Positions 35,176-44,487 are shown, counted from the first letter of the stretch. The stretch: DNA of 64,000 nucleotides from Candidatus Woesebacteria bacterium RIFCSPLOWO2_01_FULL_39_61 (GCA_001793155.1 MGHI01000005.1:23-64022), one strand, 5' to 3'. A program made the numbers and translations. The notes: generated by a model not told the origin, from the letters alone.

Positions 35176-38100
35176 GTGGCAGAAACTACGGAAAAGAAAT
35201 TAGAAGCTATTTCAAAACCTCCCAAGCTAAGCTTGGTCGGGTTTGAAAAACCCTTCGGGAGCTTAGAGCATCCCAATTCAAAAGGGGTTTTGAAATGGGC
35301 TGTAAACAAAGATCAACTCGAGGCAATTAGATATAAAAAAGGACCGCTTCTTATAATTGCCGGAGCAGGAACCGGAAAAACGACAGTTATTACTGAAAGG
35401 ATTAAAGACCTAATTGAAAAGAATTTGGCAAAAGCTTCCGAAATACTTGCACTGACTTTTACCGAAAAGGCTGCGCGGGAAATGGAAGAAAGGGTGGATG
35501 TGGCACTCCCCTACGGCTATACCCAAATGTGGGTTTCGACTTTTCATTCATTTTGCGACCGGATATTAAGACAAGAAGGTCTTCATATAGGACTTAATCC
35601 AAAATACAAGCTCATGACCGAAGCCGAAACCATCCAATTTGTTCGAAAAAATCTTTTTAACTATGAACTAAGTTATTTCCGACCACTGGGAAATCCGACC
35701 AAATTTGTGTCAGGAATGATACAACACTTTGGCAGGCTACAAGATGAGGACATTTCTCCCTCGGATTACATCCGATGGGTCCAAAATCAAAATGACAAAT
35801 CGAAATTAAAAAATGAGGAATTACAAATAGAGATAGCTAAATGGGACGAACTATCCAAAGCATATCGTACATACGAAGAATTAAAGGTAAAAGAGGGACT
35901 GATGGACTTCGGGGATTTGATTGTTAAGACTCTGAAGCTTTTTCGAGATAGACGGAACGTTCTCAAAGAGTACCAAGAAAAATTTAAGTATATTTTGGTA
36001 GACGAGTTTCAGGATACCAACGTCGCACAATATGAACTCATGAAACTTTTGTCGCCGCCAAAAGACAATGGTAATTTAACCGTTGTCGGTGACGACTCTC
36101 AAAGCATTTATAAATTCAGGGGTGCAGCGATCTCGAATATTTTGTACTTTAAGAAAGATTACAAAAAAGTCAAGACTGTCGTTTTAACCAAAAATTATCG
36201 CTCGACCCAGACGATTTTAGATTCAGCCTACAAACTAATACAATACAATAACCCCGATACTCTTGAAGCAAAGTTGGGAATAGATAAAAATCTTGTCAGT
36301 GTTAAAACGAAAAACGAAGAACCGGTCGAGCTTATTCACAAAGACAGGGTCGAAAACGAGGCAGAAGCCGTTGCCAAAAAGATTAGAGAACTAGCTTCAG
36401 AAAAAAAATACGATTGGGAAGATTTTGCAATTTTAGTTCGGGCGAATAACCACGCAGAACCTTTTGTTCGGGCCTTTGCCAGGAACGCTATCCCCTATCA
36501 GTTTTTGGGGCCGGGAAGGCTGTTTCGTCAACCCGAAATAGTTGACTTAATTTCTTATTTAAAAGTCCTTTATGATTTTGACGACTCGGTTTCTTTTTAC
36601 CGATTAATATCAATTGATTATTTTGATATCAATGCGAGGGATTTGGTGAAAATTTCCAATTACGCAAGGCGTTTAAACCTCACGCTTTTTGAGGCTACTG
36701 AAAAGGTCGACGATATATATGTTTCTGATGATACCAAATACAAGATCAAAAAAATTATTGAAATTTTGAATCGGCATATAAAACTTATTAAAAAAGAAAC
36801 TGCCGGACAGCTTCTTTATTATTTTTTAGAGGATTCTGGGCTTCTTACTAAACTTCTTAATCCTGATACTTCCGAAGCCGAAAAAAAGGCTGCAAATATT
36901 TCAAAATTTTTCGATAAACTGAAGACTTATGAAGTCGATCATGAGGATGCCACAATTCTGGCGGTAGTTGACTGGATCGAGCTTGCAAGTGAAATTGGAG
37001 AGTCGCCGTTGGCAGCTGACGTTGATTGGACAAAAATTAATGCAGTTAACATTTTGACCGCCCATTCTGCCAAGGGATTGGAATTTCCTGTAGTATATCT
37101 CGTCAATTTGGTTTCACAGCGCTTTCCCACAATTGAGAGACGTGAGCAAATTCCTATCCCGGACGAGCTTATAAAAGAGGTTTTGCCGATAGGTGACTAT
37201 CATCTGCAAGAGGAAAGAAGGCTCTTTTATGTCGGAATGACGCGGGCGATGGAAAGACTGTATTTAACGGCCGCAGATTACTACGGAGAGGGTAAACGTG
37301 AGAAAAAATTATCACCCTTTATCTTTGAAGCACTAGGTGAGGAAACCGTGAGTAGTGAGAAGTTAAAAATGGGAAGTGAACAATTAAGTTTCTTGGATTA
37401 CAAACCCCCCGTCATTGACTCACTACCCACAACTCACTACCCACAATCGTTCCACATAGATTATCTTTCCTATTCTCAAATTGAGACTTTTAGAGTTTGT
37501 CCATTACATTTTAAGCTGAAGTATATCTATAAACTTCCCACTCCGGCAACCTCATCTCAAAGTTTCGGGAATTCCTTCCATGCGACAATGAAGGGCTTTT
37601 ACGAAAGTGTTAAGGGAGGAGAAAAACCAACATTGAAATTGATGGAAGCCAAACTAGCCGAAAACTGGATTAACCAAGGCTATTTAAGTAAATCTCACGA
37701 AAATCGGTCGTATGAGAAAGCCAAGAGTTTTATTAAACATTATTTGGAAAATAATTTCGACCCCAAAATAATTCCTGTAACCATGGAGCAACCTTTTACA
37801 ATTCGGATGGACGGCTTCAGGGTGGGAGGGAAAATCGATAGGGTAGATGAGTATAAAGATTTTATAGAGATTATAGATTATAAAACGGGCGCGACTCCTC
37901 TTACACAATCCCAAGCAGATAAAGATTTGCAATTATCGGTTTATGCATTAGCCGCAACCGAAATTCCCGAGCCTCCGTTTAGCAGAAACCCTAAAGAGGT
38001 CAAATTAACACTGATGTATTTTGATACTCCGCAAACGGTTTCGACCAAACGAACCAAAGGGCAATTATTAGAAGCAAGGAAAATGATTGAGGATTATAGA

Positions 38101-38196
38101 AAACAAATTGAAGAGTCGGATTTCAAATGTTCGCACGGTTACCTTTGCGATGAACAAGAATGCGAGTATAAACTGTTTTGCAAAGTAGATGGTTGA
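35176..38196 (+). CDS. UvrD/PcrA-like SF1 helicase fused to C-terminal PD-(D/E)xK (RecB/Cas4-like) nuclease with 4-Cys cluster
   Basis: GTG start. Walker A GAGTGKT. UvrD motifs (DEFQDTN, VGDDSQSIY, KNYRS, VTRA). C-terminus has …DRVDEY…EIIDYKTG plus CSHGYLCDEQECEYKLFC. Confidence 0.7.
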   Translation: MAETTEKKLEAISKPPKLSLVGFEKPFGSLEHPNSKGVLKWAVNKDQLEAIRYKKGPLLIIAGAGTGKTTVITERIKDLIEKNLAKASEILALTFTEKAAREMEERVDVALPYGYTQMWVSTFHSFCDRILRQEGLHIGLNPKYKLMTEAETIQFVRKNLFNYELSYFRPLGNPTKFVSGMIQHFGRLQDEDISPSDYIRWVQNQNDKSKLKNEELQIEIAKWDELSKAYRTYEELKVKEGLMDFGDLIVKTLKLFRDRRNVLKEYQEKFKYILVDEFQDTNVAQYELMKLLSPPKDNGNLTVVGDDSQSIYKFRGAAISNILYFKKDYKKVKTVVLTKNYRSTQTILDSAYKLIQYNNPDTLEAKLGIDKNLVSVKTKNEEPVELIHKDRVENEAEAVAKKIRELASEKKYDWEDFAILVRANNHAEPFVRAFARNAIPYQFLGPGRLFRQPEIVDLISYLKVLYDFDDSVSFYRLISIDYFDINARDLVKISNYARRLNLTLFEATEKVDDIYVSDDTKYKIKKIIEILNRHIKLIKKETAGQLLYYFLEDSGLLTKLLNPDTSEAEKKAANISKFFDKLKTYEVDHEDATILAVVDWIELASEIGESPLAADVDWTKINAVNILTAHSAKGLEFPVVYLVNLVSQRFPTIERREQIPIPDELIKEVLPIGDYHLQEERRLFYVGMTRAMERLYLTAADYYGEGKREKKLSPFIFEALGEETVSSEKLKMGSEQLSFLDYKPPVIDSLPTTHYPQSFHIDYLSYSQIETFRVCPLHFKLKYIYKLPTPATSSQSFGNSFHATMKGFYESVKGGEKPTLKLMEAKLAENWINQGYLSKSHENRSYEKAKSFIKHYLENNFDPKIIPVTMEQPFTIRMDGFRVGGKIDRVDEYKDFIEIIDYKTGATPLTQSQADKDLQLSVYALAATEIPEPPFSRNPKEVKLTLMYFDTPQTVSTKRTKGQLLEARKMIEDYRKQIEESDFKCSHGYLCDEQECEYKLFCKVDG

Positions 38197-38914
38197 AAAA
38201 ATGGAAATAAAGATATTTTCTACAATAGAAGGAGCGAAAAACGCTATAGGCCTTGCGGTAATAATAGATGTTTTAAGAGCTTGTACGACAATTCCCGTTT
38301 TATTCGATAAAGGTGCAGTTGAAATTATTCCTGTAAGAACTCTGGACGAAGCTCTCGCTTATGAGAAAAAAGGCTTTGTTTTGGTGGGAGAAGGAGAACA
38401 TGGTCAGGCTCATGACGCATTTCATCACATAAATTCTCCCTCTGAAGTTGTTAACGAAGATTTTACCGGAAAGAGAATTGTTTTAAGAAGTAATAATGCG
38501 ACCCAAGCAATAATGGATGCAGCAAAATCTGAAGACACCGTTTTAGCTTCTTTTGTCAACTTAAATGCGGTAGTGGATTATATTCGTAAAAATAAACCAA
38601 AAGTTGTGTCTTTGGTTGCTTTAGGGAGACTTGGTGAAAGGGGACTCGAAGACGATGAATGTGCGGGGGCAATTAAAAGCATATTGGAAAATAAACCTTA
38701 CGATTTTGAAGATATGAAAAAGCGGGTTTCAGTGTGTGATTGTGCAGTTCTAGTTAGAGAGACCTTGGGTAAGCCGAAAGACGTGGATATGGGACTAGAA
38801 GTAAATTCTTATCCAATTGTTCCTAGAGTTGATACAGAAAATAAAATTAAGGTGATTAGACCCTACTTTGAAATACAAGAAAATAATAATAAGCGTCTTC
38901 TAAACAGGTCTTGA
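38189..38914 (+). CDS. 2-phosphosulfolactate phosphatase (ComB) family protein
   Basis: VIIDVLRACTTI… is ComB-like. Overlaps the helicase stop. Confidence 0.45.
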   Translation: MVEKMEIKIFSTIEGAKNAIGLAVIIDVLRACTTIPVLFDKGAVEIIPVRTLDEALAYEKKGFVLVGEGEHGQAHDAFHHINSPSEVVNEDFTGKRIVLRSNNATQAIMDAAKSEDTVLASFVNLNAVVDYIRKNKPKVVSLVALGRLGERGLEDDECAGAIKSILENKPYDFEDMKKRVSVCDCAVLVRETLGKPKDVDMGLEVNSYPIVPRVDTENKIKVIRPYFEIQENNNKRLLNRS

Positions 38915-38944
38915 CAAAAGACCTGTTTTTGGTATCATTAGTCA

Positions 38945-39187
38945 ATGACAAGCGTATCTATTTCCGAACTAAAAGCAAATCCTTCCGCGGTACTTTCTGC
39001 TGCAGATGATTATCCCATTTCTATTAAGAAAAGAAATAAAACAGCTGGTTATGTAGTTGGAAAGGATATTTTTGAAAAACTGGTTACTTTTGTCGAAGAC
39101 TATATAGATAAAAAGGCTATAGAGGATGCAGATTATACTAGAGGAACTAGTCTTGATGACTTTGTGAAAGAACTGGGTTTGGAATAA
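38945..39187 (+). CDS. Type II antitoxin (Phd/YefM- or RelB-like)
   Basis: 80 aa. Its stop abuts the toxin start (TAAATG). Confidence 0.5.
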   Translation: MTSVSISELKANPSAVLSAADDYPISIKKRNKTAGYVVGKDIFEKLVTFVEDYIDKKAIEDADYTRGTSLDDFVKELGLE

Positions 39188-39451
39188 ATGGAAGTAGTTG
39201 TTACCCCTCAAGCTAAAAAGCAAATCAAAAAGCTCTCCAAAGTTACACAGATTTTGATTGTTGAAAAACTGAAAAAATTAGAATTAGGAATTTTAGTAAA
39301 TTTTCAAAAACTGTCCGGTTATAAAGGTGCCTTTAGAGTGCGAGTGGGAAATTACAGAATAGTTTACAGGTTACTTAAGGGTAAAGCTTATGTTGTATTA
39401 GTTGGTCACAGAAAGGAGATTTATTTACTCTTGAGGAAGTTGTTGGGTTAA
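39188..39451 (+). CDS. RelE/ParE family toxin
   Basis: …YRIVYRLLKGKAYVVLVGHRKEIY RelE/ParE C-terminal signature. Confidence 0.6.
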   Translation: MEVVVTPQAKKQIKKLSKVTQILIVEKLKKLELGILVNFQKLSGYKGAFRVRVGNYRIVYRLLKGKAYVVLVGHRKEIYLLLRKLLG

Positions 39452-39463
39452 AATCAAAAAACG

Positions 39464-39940
39464 ATGAAAATTGATGAAAGTTGGTATAAAAAACCCAAAA
39501 ATAAAAACTTTCCGACTCAAGATATGGCCGGTGGAATCGTGGTTCGCAGGGAAGGCGGAAAGGTTATGATAGCCTTAGTCGGCGATAAAAAAATTCCAGA
39601 CTTTATTTTACCAAAAGGAAGGATAGAAAAAGGCGAGTCGGAGTTAAATGCGGCCAAGAGAGAAATTGCGGAGGAAACAGGCCTGCAAAGTCTTAAGTTG
39701 ATAAAGAAACTTGGAATTAAAGAAAGATTCACATTTAAGAAAAATTACTGGAATACATACTACTATTTTTTATTTGTTACGGACCAAGAGCATGGAAACC
39801 CTGATTTGCAGGAGGGTGAGAAAGACTATTTTACCGAATGGTTTAACATAGATAACTTGCCTCTGATGTTTTGGCCAGAACAAGGGCAGTTGATTGAAGA
39901 AAATAGAGAAAAGATTAAAAGACTCATAAAATACGCTTAG
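39464..39940 (+). CDS. Nudix hydrolase
   Basis: Nudix box GRIEKGESELNAAKREIAEETGL. Confidence 0.6.
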   Translation: MKIDESWYKKPKNKNFPTQDMAGGIVVRREGGKVMIALVGDKKIPDFILPKGRIEKGESELNAAKREIAEETGLQSLKLIKKLGIKERFTFKKNYWNTYYYFLFVTDQEHGNPDLQEGEKDYFTEWFNIDNLPLMFWPEQGQLIEENREKIKRLIKYA

Positions 39941-39944
39941 TTAC

Positions 39945-39968
39945 ACTATGATGATTCGAATCATCATA
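39945..39968. repeat. Perfect 24-bp palindrome CTATGATGATTC|GAATCATCATAG
   Basis: Reverse complement of the first half equals the second half. Shares a GATTCGAATC core with the 14865 palindrome. Confidence 0.8.
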
Positions 39969-40025
39969 GTAGCGAATATATTAATTGTTTACAGATTATC
40001 CTTGGATTAAAATAGCTATAAAGAT

Positions 40026-43000
40026 ATGCAGAAACAAATTGAACCTTCAGGAGATCCAATCTCTCCCAATAATATCTTTTATTTAATAAAAACGAGAATT
40101 TTAAAAAAGATACCTCTGACAAAAAGAACTTTTCTTTCGAAGGTAGCTTTATTATCCGTCATTTTACTCTTGCTTTATTCATTAAATCTATTTTTAAGTT
40201 TAAGACAAAAAGACAGTCTATTTAAAAGTCGAGGAATTGATTATTTAGCTGTTATTTCTGCAAGTCCTCGGGGTACAACAAAAAGTAATAAACCAAAAAT
40301 AATTGTTAAGTTCAATCTTCCCGTAACAGCACACCATATAGGTGACTACTTTTACATTAATCCTTATGTAAAAGGTAATCTTAAACAAGGATCGAGTTTG
40401 GAAGAGATAGTCTTCGAGCCTGAGGTTTCCTTACCTCGTGGTGCTTATGTTACAGTTTCTCTAAAAACTGGACTTCCCAGTAATTACGGGAAGAAACTCC
40501 TCAGTGATTATTCTTTCAATTTTACTGTCAGTCACGAAGCAAATACGGTTGCCTTTACTAGCAAAGAGTGGTCAGGTAAATTTATGAGTTTTCAAGCCTT
40601 ATATGGAACAGACATAACACTTAAGGTGGGTTCCGACATATCATATCCATCGGTTAGGATTTATAAAGCAGACGTAGGATTACTTTTAGAAAGTTTGATT
40701 TATAAAGTGAAAGATAGTAATTACAGATATCCGAGGCAGGGCGAATATATAGAAAAATCTGTAAATACTGATAAATTAAAGTTAATAAAAGAGTACAAAG
40801 AGGTTAAAGACAACGACAAAATAAATTTCAAAGGAGAAAAGGGAATCTATTTATTCCAGGCATTAGAAGGAGATTTGGTAACTAATAGCGCATGGGTTTC
40901 CCTAAACGACATTGGTATTCATTTAAGACAGGATGATGAAAAAATTTTCCTAGCTGCTCAAAGTTTAATCAGCGGTGAACCTGAAAGTGGAATCGATATT
41001 AATTTCTATAAACTTGAAGACGAACCGAAAACTTTAGCAATTCATACACTTTCAGGAATACAGGAATATCCATTTACGTATCCTGAAAGACTTGATTTAG
41101 TTATAGGGAAAAAGGGCAATGAAGTAATTATTATTCCGGTTGAAATTCCCAACAGCCAGGCAGAAATACAGCTAACTCAGAGTTTGAATAATAAATATCA
41201 GATTTTTCTTTATACCGATCGGCCTATTTATAAAAGTAATGCAAAAGTTTCTTTTAGAGGAATAGTAAGAAAAGATAACGACGCTCTTTATAAATTGCCG
41301 GATGTAACTAAAGTTAGGGTATATTTAGGTGGCGATTCTAGTTCCAAGTTTGACAAAGAGTTCGATGTTTCGGAGGAAGGAATATTTTATGGAGAATTTG
41401 ACATACCGAAAGATATAGCTAACGGCACTCGATATCTATATGCAACTACTATTCTTGATAAACAAAAATATTCTTCGGAAGGAGGTTACACTTACTTTGA
41501 CGTTTTTGAATATAAAAAACCCGTCTTTGGACTTGAAGTAGAGGTTGATAAAAGTGAATACATACGTTCTGAAAAAATCTTAGCAAAAATTAAAGGTAAA
41601 TACTTTGATGGCAGGGCTTATGCAGATCAGTCAGTGAATCTTACCATATATAGTCGTGACTATTACGAAACCGAAAAAGCAGTTTACAACAGCTCGTTTA
41701 AACTAAATGGTTGGGGAGGCATGTGTGGAGCGGGAGGTTTTGAGGATTACTATGGACAAAAAGTCGGAGAACCAAAAGAGATACAGCTTGACAAAAACGG
41801 AGAAGCCCAGGTTGAGTTTTCGACAAAGGATCTTACATCTATATTAAGTCAGGAGGTAACATTTCTTGTTCAAAAGAAAGACGAGAATGAAAATAATATT
41901 ACAGCTGCAAAAAACGCCATTGTCCATCAGGGGCAATTTAATGTTTTCTTTCGACCCGGTCCAAATAGAATTTCTTATAATGAAGAGTTTACACTCGCCT
42001 TTTATACAGAGAATCTTGGTGGAGAAAAATTAAGCGAAAAGGAATTTTCTTACGAGATCTTTGAAGAAAGTTGGGGTTCGAGCAATAAACCTTCAAAGAG
42101 AGAGATAATAAAATCAGGAAATGTTAAGACAGACTACAATGGAATTGGACTTATTAAAGAAAAGTTAGAGACACTTGAGAGCGATGATTATCTTTATATT
42201 TCAATTAAAACTCTTGATTCTTTAAATAATGTAGTTGAAGCAAGGAAAGGGATACAATTTTTCAAACAAGGACAGAATAGATATCAAAATTGGGGTTACA
42301 ATTCAATCGAACAGACAGTTCTGAAAATCACTTCTTTCAGCAACTCTCTAAAAGTGGGAGAGCCTGCCAGTCTTGAAGTCATTTCGCCAAGCGATTTAGT
42401 GGTCTTTGGTTCTTTTGAAAGAGGAAGGGTATATATTCCTCAGTGGATTAAACTTTCAAAAGGCACGAATACTTTTAAATTTGACGTTATATCTGATTAT
42501 TCACCTTCAACTACTCCAACTTTTAGTTTCTTTTATAATGGAGAATATTTCATAGAGGGTTTAAGCCTTAACGTGCCTGCCCTTCATAAATTAATCGATG
42601 TTGAAATTTCAACCGACAAAGAAAAGTATAACCCGAGCGATACGGCAATAATTACAATAACTACAAAAGATAGAGCTGGAAACTTCATTTCAGTCGATGC
42701 TGGAATTGGAATAGTAGATGAAGCAATCTTTGCCCTTAGAAAAAATGCTGCAGCTCCGCTTCATTCATCATTTTATTATTTCAGAAGGCGCTCCATCAAC
42801 TCTTCTTCGTCCTTAACTTGGATAGCAACATATAATTGGGACGGAGGCGGCGGAGGCGGCGGAGGATTTGAAGCATTTCTGAAGGATAGCGATACTCTAT
42901 ACTGGAATCCGGCTCTTAAAACAGGAACAGATGGACAGGTAAAAGTAGAAGTACCAGTTGGAGAAACCGAAACTACATGGAGGGTGCTTGTTTATGCTTC

Positions 43001-43058
43001 ATCAGACGACACAAAAGTTGGTCAATCTTCAAAAGATTTTCTGGTATCCGGACAATAA
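40026..43058 (+). CDS. Alpha-2-macroglobulin-family protein, MG-domain region only (no thioester domain)
   Basis: N-terminal TM anchor. The C-terminal end GGGGGGGGFEAF…YWNPALKTGTDGQ…TTWRVLVYAS matches the A2M MG-domain signature. The protein stops immediately after it. Confidence 0.5.
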   Translation: MQKQIEPSGDPISPNNIFYLIKTRILKKIPLTKRTFLSKVALLSVILLLLYSLNLFLSLRQKDSLFKSRGIDYLAVISASPRGTTKSNKPKIIVKFNLPVTAHHIGDYFYINPYVKGNLKQGSSLEEIVFEPEVSLPRGAYVTVSLKTGLPSNYGKKLLSDYSFNFTVSHEANTVAFTSKEWSGKFMSFQALYGTDITLKVGSDISYPSVRIYKADVGLLLESLIYKVKDSNYRYPRQGEYIEKSVNTDKLKLIKEYKEVKDNDKINFKGEKGIYLFQALEGDLVTNSAWVSLNDIGIHLRQDDEKIFLAAQSLISGEPESGIDINFYKLEDEPKTLAIHTLSGIQEYPFTYPERLDLVIGKKGNEVIIIPVEIPNSQAEIQLTQSLNNKYQIFLYTDRPIYKSNAKVSFRGIVRKDNDALYKLPDVTKVRVYLGGDSSSKFDKEFDVSEEGIFYGEFDIPKDIANGTRYLYATTILDKQKYSSEGGYTYFDVFEYKKPVFGLEVEVDKSEYIRSEKILAKIKGKYFDGRAYADQSVNLTIYSRDYYETEKAVYNSSFKLNGWGGMCGAGGFEDYYGQKVGEPKEIQLDKNGEAQVEFSTKDLTSILSQEVTFLVQKKDENENNITAAKNAIVHQGQFNVFFRPGPNRISYNEEFTLAFYTENLGGEKLSEKEFSYEIFEESWGSSNKPSKREIIKSGNVKTDYNGIGLIKEKLETLESDDYLYISIKTLDSLNNVVEARKGIQFFKQGQNRYQNWGYNSIEQTVLKITSFSNSLKVGEPASLEVISPSDLVVFGSFERGRVYIPQWIKLSKGTNTFKFDVISDYSPSTTPTFSFFYNGEYFIEGLSLNVPALHKLIDVEISTDKEKYNPSDTAIITITTKDRAGNFISVDAGIGIVDEAIFALRKNAAAPLHSSFYYFRRRSINSSSSLTWIATYNWDGGGGGGGGFEAFLKDSDTLYWNPALKTGTDGQVKVEVPVGETETTWRVLVYASSDDTKVGQSSKDFLVSGQ

Positions 43059-43078
43059 GTATTGAATGGAGAACTACT

Positions 43079-43258
43079 CATTATTTTCTATTTCTAACAG
43101 ATCAGCATAACGGTGTCCAAAATTTACAGGAAGAAGAAAACCATGTCCTTGAATGGTTTGACTTTAATAAACTACCACCCTTTTTTTGGCCGGAGCAAAG
43201 GCAGTTGATTGAAGAAAATAGAGAAAAGATAAAGAAATTAGTTTCTGTATCCCAATAG
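43079..43258 (+). pseudogene. Relic 3' fragment of a Nudix gene paralogous to 39464-39940
   Basis: Encodes HYFLFLTDQ…EWFDFNKLPPFFWPEQRQLIEENREKIKKL, which matches the C-terminus of the 39464 Nudix. The two share a 29-nt identical DNA stretch (CAGTTGATTGAAGAAAATAGAGAAAAGAT). Confidence 0.6.
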
Positions 43259-43873
43259 ACAATAATGATTTGTTTTATCCAAATGGATATCGGCGATAGA
43301 GAAGTTTTTGAAAATACTTTTCAACTCGTCTTTTGTAAAATAATGATGCGGCAATCCTTTTTCGCTTCCGTCAAGTGGGATAGATGTATTTGGCTCAATT
43401 TTTTTAAAACTTGATCCCTGATTTTTAAATTTGGGCACTGTAACAAAAATAAGACCCTGCATTTTTAATACTCTTTCAATTTCTCTTACAATTTTCCTAA
43501 TCTCCTCAATTTTTGCATGATGAATTACTTGGACAGAAACGACCGCGTCAAAGAAATTATCTTTAAATGGTAGTTTACCTCCCATGTCTTGCAATATAAA
43601 TTTTGCCTTTAATTTTTTTCCCCTTAACCACCTTTTTGTAAGTTTTATTGCCGTTTTCGAGTTATCCAAACCATAAACGCTAAGTCCGTTTTGGGCCATG
43701 AAGATCAGATTACGGCCAGTTCCACAACCCAAATCCAATACTTTATTTAACCCACTCTTTTTTAAAAGATTTGTGATTTTAGGAATATCCTCCTGTGGGC
43801 TTTTTAAATATATACCAACTTCTTTAAATTTCTTTCCCAAACAGTTTCTCTTACCATGATTAAATTTTAGCAA
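43238..43873 (-). CDS. Class I SAM-dependent methyltransferase
   Basis: VLDLGCGTGRN motif I. Confidence 0.65.
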   Translation of the reverse strand: MLKFNHGKRNCLGKKFKEVGIYLKSPQEDIPKITNLLKKSGLNKVLDLGCGTGRNLIFMAQNGLSVYGLDNSKTAIKLTKRWLRGKKLKAKFILQDMGGKLPFKDNFFDAVVSVQVIHHAKIEEIRKIVREIERVLKMQGLIFVTVPKFKNQGSSFKKIEPNTSIPLDGSEKGLPHHYFTKDELKSIFKNFSIADIHLDKTNHYCLLGYRN

Positions 43874-43962
43874 TTTTTAAAGATAAATTGCGCTGTGGTT
43901 TTAAAGCTAAACATCAGAAGCGATAACTAGAAGTTCGCGAATCTATTCTGGTCCAGTTAAAC

Positions 43963-43991
43963 TTGACTTATTATAGGATTTGGTGTATTAT
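43963..43991 (+). promoter_or_regulatory. Near-consensus sigma70 promoter TTGACT-N17-TATTAT
   Basis: -35 at 43963-43968, 17-nt spacer, -10 at 43986-43991. No annotated plus-strand gene lies downstream. Confidence 0.5.
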
Positions 43992-44061
43992 TCTCACACT
44001 GTCCAATTCTTTAACAAGAAAGTAAGGCAAAAATTGGCCGGAATTTAAAAGGAGGTGCGAC

Positions 44062-44100
44062 ATGCGCACACTGAATACAACGACTCGCTTTAACCTGTAA
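44062..44100 (+). other. 12-codon ORF MRTLNTTTRFNL with strong SD (AAGGAGGTG, 6-nt spacing)
   Basis: Seen directly. Followed by about 300 nt of GC-rich ORF-free sequence. Confidence 0.35.
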
Positions 44101-44487
44101 AAGATCGTCGGCCCGGGCACGAGGAGAGGACTTTTTCTCGGCAATCCCCGTCTTTGTTGATGGGTGCAAACGGAGAATTTCCTCTCCTCAAATCTTATTC
44201 GCTCAGCGCAAATGCGCGCCTACCGGAGGTGTTCCGTGATTTTTCATTTTTACTAAGTAATTAGTTTACAACTGAATATTGCGATACCGCAGCGGGCCGT
44301 GCCAGGGCGCCGGAGGGTGAGAGAAATGGATGCCAAGTGCTTTGGCTAGGGAGTCCGAAGGACTCGTTAACCTGGCTAATAGCCCGTCCATAAATCTCTC
44401 ACTCTCCAACTCATTTTTCTTCAATAGGTTTTACCTCTTTGATTCTGAATAAATTTTTTTCTTAAATACCCTTCTGTAGATTGCCTA

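Noticed and set aside
42977-43258. 93-aa ORF as a real gene
   Set aside because: Only its last about 60 codons resemble anything (a Nudix C-terminus). The front part overlaps the A2M-like gene end. It is called as a relic instead.
43874-44487. RNase P RNA, tmRNA or SRP RNA in the GC-rich gap
   Set aside because: Searched both strands by eye for P4 motifs (AAAGUCCGG / CCGGCUUA), the tmRNA 5' GGGG…UUCGAC and T-arm, and SRP GGAAGCAGCC. There is only loose resemblance (GUGCCAGGG). It is not assigned.
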